This document shows, one piece after another, positions 57,272-64,000 of a DNA stretch of 64,000 nt; within the stretch, counting starts at the first letter, position 1; every line of letters starts with the position of its first letter. The translations under genes were made by a program, and so were the position numbers. The DNA lies in the NCBI GenBank assembly GCA_044892525.1, contig CM097885.1, positions 28,274,001 to 28,338,000 on the forward strand, in the 5' to 3' direction. The notes below the pieces were generated by a model. That model was not told where the DNA came from, did not search any database, and was given only the letters and a program-made list of their open reading frames with translations. The stretch is from Schmidtea polychroa (lineage: Eukaryota).

Positions 57272-59959
57272 GTGCTCTTTATGATTTTTCTTTATAATGA
57301 TTAATAAATTCTTTATATTGATTAATAAATTCTTTATAATTATTAATAACCCTGTAATTGAAAGGTATATCATGAAGTTACTAATGAAAGCACAAAATTT
57401 AATAAAATAACCTATAATAATTTATAATTATAATTAATATGAATATTTTTAATAATTAATTTATTGATGTATTTTCGCGATTAATTTACAAATTAATTTA
57501 TTAAATATTTATTAAATGTTAATTGGTTTTTTAAAAATCCTTTTTATAATTGAGTCCTCAGAAATTTATTGTGATATTTAATTAAGCATTCTTGAAGCGA
57601 ATTCACTAGAGGCATGATATTGGAAAATAATTTTCAGGTTTCCATATATCTTGCAGTCTGAATTTTATATTTTATGTAGGTGTGAAATTAATTTTATCTG
57701 TTTGCAATTAAAAAAGCATTTCATAAAACATTTTGTGAATTTGAACAGTTTTTTTATTTCTAGAAATAATATTAATAAAATAATTTATAATTTTGATAAA
57801 ACACGAAAAAGAAAATAAAAAATAATTAATCCAATTAAATGCTGTATGTTTAGAAATGTCCGATATTTGAGAATGGTTTTCCTAATTGAAATTTTAAATT
57901 CTTTCGATTTTTAGATATATTTTTCCAGATTCTTTGCCATTTTCAGAAACTATTTAAAAGTTTTTAAGTGTTTGAGGAAAAAGGAACTCGATATATGTTT
58001 TTTGGAAATATCTCTTGAAGATAGAATCTCCCATACGTTTATTTTCAAGAAAAAATATATGATTGCTTCTCAAATTGTGATATTCGAAGATTACATTTAA
58101 AGGAACTTCGATGGACGCTTGAGATAGAGAAGATTCAGCGAGGAGAAATAACAGGTCAGCTATCATTGATTCGGGTAATGTTATATGAGGTTATTGGTAG
58201 TGATCTTTTTGGTTTATGTATAAAATGGTTAATAATTTATCTGATGATTGGTAACATTTGGTGATTGGTAACATTTCTTAACGAAATAAAAAATTAATTA
58301 ATTTAAGAAAGATATTTGGTGTTTTTATATTTAATGTTGATAATACAATTGTCAATCTTAGTGATATAGATCTTAATTCTGATGAAATTAATGTTCTGAA
58401 GTTCAGACCTAAACATGGTATTAGACATCGTATTAATGACCATTGGTTTATGCATTATAAGAACTTTTTTCCAATTTCACCACTGATTTTTTTCCATTGA
58501 ATTTATTATAATGAGCTTGAAGACTATAAATCAGTAATATATCGATGTTTTTGATATTCACGAATTTTCGGCACTGCCAGCAAACTTTGGTCCCAACCTC
58601 TGAGGATTAGCACACAACATTAGCATTTAATTAAAAAATATAGGCTACCATTATTCGGCTTTTCAATTTTATTAGTAACAGTTACTATTGAAATAAATAT
58701 AGTAGATTTGAATTGTATTTTTTTTACTTTTGTTAAAATTTGGTTTTATCATTTTGAAATATTTAATAAAAATATTCTTTAAATTTTGTTTATTACATTT
58801 ATTAAAAATTTTACTTGAAGAGTTTTTTTGATTTTTTCAATAAATGTTGCTTGGTGGTGTCTAATAATGTTTTTCTTAAAGAAGGGGATCGCAGTCCAAA
58901 AAAGTTTGCGCATCACTGGACTAGGAGACGAGGCCCGAAGAGAATCTAGTTGAAAGGCCGTGCATGGAGGAAATTCTATATGGAATCCTGAAATCAGGTA
59001 TTTTAAATCAATGAGCCGAATCAAACAAATGAGCTCCAAGCTTGGAAGGAAGAACAAATGGCAGGTGAATCTTGCCGGGATAGGGAGAAAACAAAGCTAC
59101 CAGATATATTTACTGACTTGTCATAATCCAATATGAATATGCCTCTTTCTAAATAAATGTAATATGAAAGCAATAGCCTTAGTTTCTTTTGTTTATCAAG
59201 TTTTTATTAGTAAATTTTAAGTAAAACTTTAATAAAACATGTTTCTGTTTAATTTTTTTTGTACTGTATGTTGAGGAATTAGAACGATGAATCAACAGAA
59301 TGTTGTGATGTATAGAGAATGAATAACAAGATATAAGAAGAGGAGAGGGGAAAAACACTAACCGACTACTCAGGAATTGACATTTACAATTTTGTTGCAA
59401 ATAAATATCGAAATTTTGAATAATCAAACTTAAGTCAGTTTGTTGCCTCGGTAAGATATTGTAAATTATTGTTAATTTAAGAGGAACGTAGGGCCGAGAA
59501 ACTCTTAGCAAATTTGCATTTATTATCTAGGAAAGGGTAGAATTCAAACGAAAATAAAACGGAATCAAATTGCCAATAAACATTTAAATCATAATATCAA
59601 AGGATATAAAAGCTTTCCTTAAATATTCTTATTAAATTTTTAAACATTTAAACAATTAAATATTTTAAATTAACTCTAAACTATATTTTAAATTTAACCA
59701 GCATTTAGATCAAATGTCAGAATTAAATATGAATCGGCTTCAATAAAATTGTTAGAATATTATAAAAATTGTTTTAATATTGATAAATTGTTGAGAAATA
59801 TTTTTTTGAATAAACTTGTGAAAAATTTGAATTCCAATAATTATGAAAATTAATGATGAAAATGAATACGATATTATCGCGATTAACAATCTACATAAAC
59901 TGAGGAGTACCGTTTGGAAATAAGGCTACTCAAGAGTAAGATTCAACAACTAGAAACAG

Positions 59960-60180
59960 AGGAATACCAAGCATCGATATAATTCGAATGCCTTATCGTG
60001 TGATAATAAAATATATTATTTGTGAAACCGAAATCACTGATTCTTAATTTTGATTGGCAAATATAATTAATATGGACTAAAAAATACGGATATAGACCTT
60101 TTTTTACGGACCCATTCGAATACTTGCCGATCATAATGAATTTCTCCATTGGACACATTACAAATGTTGTTCACTCAAAG
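59960..60180 (-). mobile_element. Highly degenerate LINE reverse-transcriptase remnant
   Basis: CVQWRNS / SNGSVKKGLYPYFLVHINY..KLRISDFG loosely resembles the NGVxQGxxLSPxLFxxYI motif. Weak evidence. Confidence 0.3.
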
Positions 60181-61818
60181 GATGTCGAGTGGTAACGAAA
60201 AGTAAAATTTCGGTTACCTATAATCCACCAACATCAAGGTCATGATAATTTTTAGGGATCATTTATGCTGATTTGAGGTGAGTTAAGGGTAGAAAAGGAA
60301 ATAAGGATGGTTTAAAAGTCAAATTATAGGGATAAGATTGTCCATGACTCATTAAAGGGTCGAAATGTTTGAGGGATTAAAAGAATGGTTTAAGTTTTAA
60401 ATAAAAGGCCAAGCTGATGAATTCGCACCGACAGGCTAGGTTTAGTACTTATTCTTGACTACTATGATGTCCGTGTCTTTTTTGACCCTACTTTTATCTT
60501 TTTACTTCGATTTATATTTTTAACTCAATTTATCTTATCCCGACTTATCTTATCTGTAAAAATGAAAATATTTATAGAATCAAATAATTAATGAAATTAA
60601 TGAGTCATCTAGTTGCTTTACACACTACCATTATAGATGATATTATTCTACAAAACCCAATATAGTTTCTCAGAACAAATCGTTAAAATAAATAAATATG
60701 CTGAATAAATTCAATTTGGATATTACACAAATAATAAAATCCAGAATTTTTGCTAAAAATGCGAAAAATCTTTGTTTGCATGAACTGTCTCAACTATACA
60801 AAATTATGATTTTCATGAGGTTATGAATATCAAAATAAGTAGGAAATATAATTTATTATTTTTTTGTATTAAATTTTAAAAAAATTTTAATTTTAATTTT
60901 ACATTGAAGAATCATAAAAATTATGAATATAAACACTTTCATCGTTTATGGGACAAACCGGTTATTTTTGTTCGCCTGGGAAAAATATTTTAACATTAAC
61001 TGACAGTATTTCTAAAGCTAAATAATATAAAATTTTCAGCCTTATACTTATGATATTGAAAATCAAAATAGAAAAGATAACCGCCATTCAGATATGTCAA
61101 AATCCAAAGGTTGTCAAAACTATGGATTAATTTTCTTTAAAATACCTTGTAGATGTTATACACAGTGAATGATAAAAGTACGGTGACCAAAAGTACGACT
61201 TAGAGAAATAAATAGAGCTTAATGATTGTCCTGGAGGCGGAAATATTATTAAAAAAACTATAAAATTTTCTCTGAATATTTTGTTTTCTTATATCAAATG
61301 TATTTGTCGCGGAAATTGTCATAAATTTTAACATTTTATTCCAATTTACCAGTAACTAGAATCAGTAAATATACATAATGAAAGACCATCACAAGTCTGG
61401 TCTTTTGAATATTGTTGGATTTATACTAATGCCGACTTTGTTTAGTTTCCTTAAGTTGCAGGGAAAGTTCTGTTATATAAATCTTTATGATAATATTAGA
61501 CATGCCTTTTCATCTTTCGAACACGGCTACCTTTTGTTGAGATATCAATCACTTATAAATAATAATGACAATGATTAAAAGATTTATTCATTTAAATTCA
61601 AATTTTACAAACCAAATTAATTTAACTAAAAAACTACACTGATTAATGTTCTCAAATAGTATTATCCAAGCTCGGTTCTGTATTGTATGCTTCAGTTCTC
61701 TTTCCTAGATTATGAGACCGAGAAACTTAAAAGATTTCAATAGCTTGATTGAAAAATGTGACAGAATTCATTCCGAAATTACCTGTCAATTAGTTTTATG
61801 CAACAATATGTTTGACAA

Positions 61819-61967
<149 letters not shown>

Positions 61968-62185
61968 AATTCCTTTGACAATTTTAATTGCTCATACATA
62001 TTTAATAATAATAATAATAAGGTTCAAAAAAATAGAAACAACAATTTCAATTTATTTATAAAAAATTGTCTTCCTTCTCTGCGGAAATATTAAATTCTCA
62101 ACAATATTTGTCAATTTTAATTTAAATTCTACTACAGACTTGTAAATTCAGTGTGATATAATTTTGGAATAATTTGATTAAATTA

Positions 62186-62279
<94 letters not shown>

Positions 62280-63170
62280 TTAAATTAAGATAAATAAATA
62301 AATTCTGCAATTAAATCTATCTTAAAAGAAATTTTATTCAAAATGATTGATTGGAATTTTCGTGTCGATTGTAATTCAGATATCTTATTAAAAGTGTCAT
62401 GAGATTATTAAAATTAAATATAATCAATCCTTGTTTATAATGGAAAATATAAAATTTCAAATAAATAAAATGTAAAAAATAACAAAATCCATAAAAACCA
62501 AATTAGAAATGCAATAATCAAATCTTATAATTTGACAATATGTTCAATCAAGTTAAACAAAAAATTCAATCATTTTACAATCACTGTCAAATTAATTTTC
62601 AATTAATTTTGGGCAATACCAATTTTATTTTAAATTGTATATAATTTAACCGATATTAAGAATATCGTTCTATAATTTAATATTATAAGAACTTTTTATT
62701 AAATTTCACCACTGATTTCTTTTCAATTGACATTGTATTTATTAAAACTCTTGACTATGAATCAGTAAATATATCGATATTTTTTTGATATTCACGAATT
62801 TTCGGCACTGCCTTTTCAAGTGATTTTGATCCAAGTTTTTTAATAAATACTATAATTTAATATTTAAATTTTTATTTGCTAAAGTACAAAATGATAAAAT
62901 TATTATTATTTTGAAAAATGATTTATTTAATTAATATTATTCTAGATTACTATTTTTCGTTTAAACTCTGTCACAACATTTAGCATTTGCCAATAGTTAG
63001 GCTTCTCACTTCTACGGTTTTTCTCGAGCTCACCTTGTGACTTGAATAGGTGAATGTGAGTTCCTAAATTTACTTTTAAAGGATCTCTATTCTATGGCTC
63101 ATTTCTCAGTAATATCAATGATTCATATTAATATCAATTAATTTTCATTTTCATCAATGTATTGTGATAT

Positions 63171-63894
63171 TGTTGGGGTTAGCACAAAAACCAAAAATAT
63201 TTATATATAAAAGGAAAGCATAACAAATAATGGTAAAATCAATAAAAGTGAAAAATTAGTTAAAACTTACTAAAAATCAAATATTTAACGGGGTTATCGG
63301 GTATGGTTGAACGCTAAATTGATAGACGAGTTTAGAAATTATAATGAAAATTTAATAAAGTGTTCACAAGGGAAAGTTAATGCGGAAAAACAAATTAATT
63401 AAAATGAATTAATCTGTAATGGAAAGACGAGCCCATTGGAAACACGAAAACGGAAAGAAACCCGATGCGCAGTAAGACCCGATAGATCAGATAAGAGAGG
63501 GAATATTTCGAGCCACAATCTAGGATAAACAAATTAAAACAAATTAATTACCAAGGATTCCCGGGAAATAATTAATTGAAATTCTGTAGATAATTGCCCT
63601 CTCAGAAACAGTATAAAAAGAGAGCTCAGAAACAGAAAAACCACCATTTGGTCGATGAAAAAAAAGAGAAGCTCAGAAATCAGGCGATCAATGATAAGAA
63701 AAGAAATCTAGTAATTCAAAAAAAATTTAATACTCGTACCAGAAAAGGTGATTGAGCGAAAAATGCAAATAATGACAACTTGTAATTTATTTGAAATTGA
63801 ATAAAATTATTCTGTATTGGGTTTCGACTTATTTGTTTGAATAAGAACACGATGAGTCAGAGAGAGAACCGACTTTTAAAAATATAACCCAACA
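63171..63894 (+). mobile_element. Solo LTR (Gypsy-like)
   Basis: TGTTGGG...CCCAACA ends, 4-bp TSD ATAT, TATAAAA and AATAAA. A second copy lies at 6059-6676. Confidence 0.88.
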
Positions 63895-64000
63895 ATATTA
63901 ACCAATTGTCGATAGGAATTTTGTCTCGATCAAGCTCTCATGTTCAATCAAAATCGAATCCCAACAAAACAACTTTTATTCAAACAAAAATTGACTACAA

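Overview
Very AT-rich, intron-containing eukaryotic DNA with (AAT)n/(AT)n microsatellites and 44-57 nt minimal introns. This is compatible with an AT-rich invertebrate such as a flatworm, but the taxon cannot be determined from the sequence. The left 36 kb holds a complete 13-exon minus-strand CEP70 gene (698-35614, ~677 aa). Its introns contain transposon debris (Tigger, hAT, mariner, Merlin, Helitron, a solo LTR), an Hsp90 fragment and a minimal hammerhead ribozyme. The outstanding feature is a 14.5 kb palindromic Maverick/Polinton-derived element (42402-56934; AGTAG...CTACT ends; 6-bp TSD CCTGTT) inserted into a DD34E Tc1/IS630 transposase gene. Its two ~6.85 kb near-identical inverted arms each carry a protein-primed family B DNA polymerase gene pointing outwards. 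No integrase, ATPase, protease or capsid gene is present. The palindrome centre is a ~0.9 kb mini-element with its own AGTAG termini. Each polymerase ORF is preceded, in frame, by a 4-exon zinc-finger leader that is separated from it by a single TAA. A 1.8 kb non-coding relative with a 6-bp TSD (10378-12193) and a truncated relative (from 38945) share termini and internal motifs with it. All alignments were done by eye and no database searches were run.
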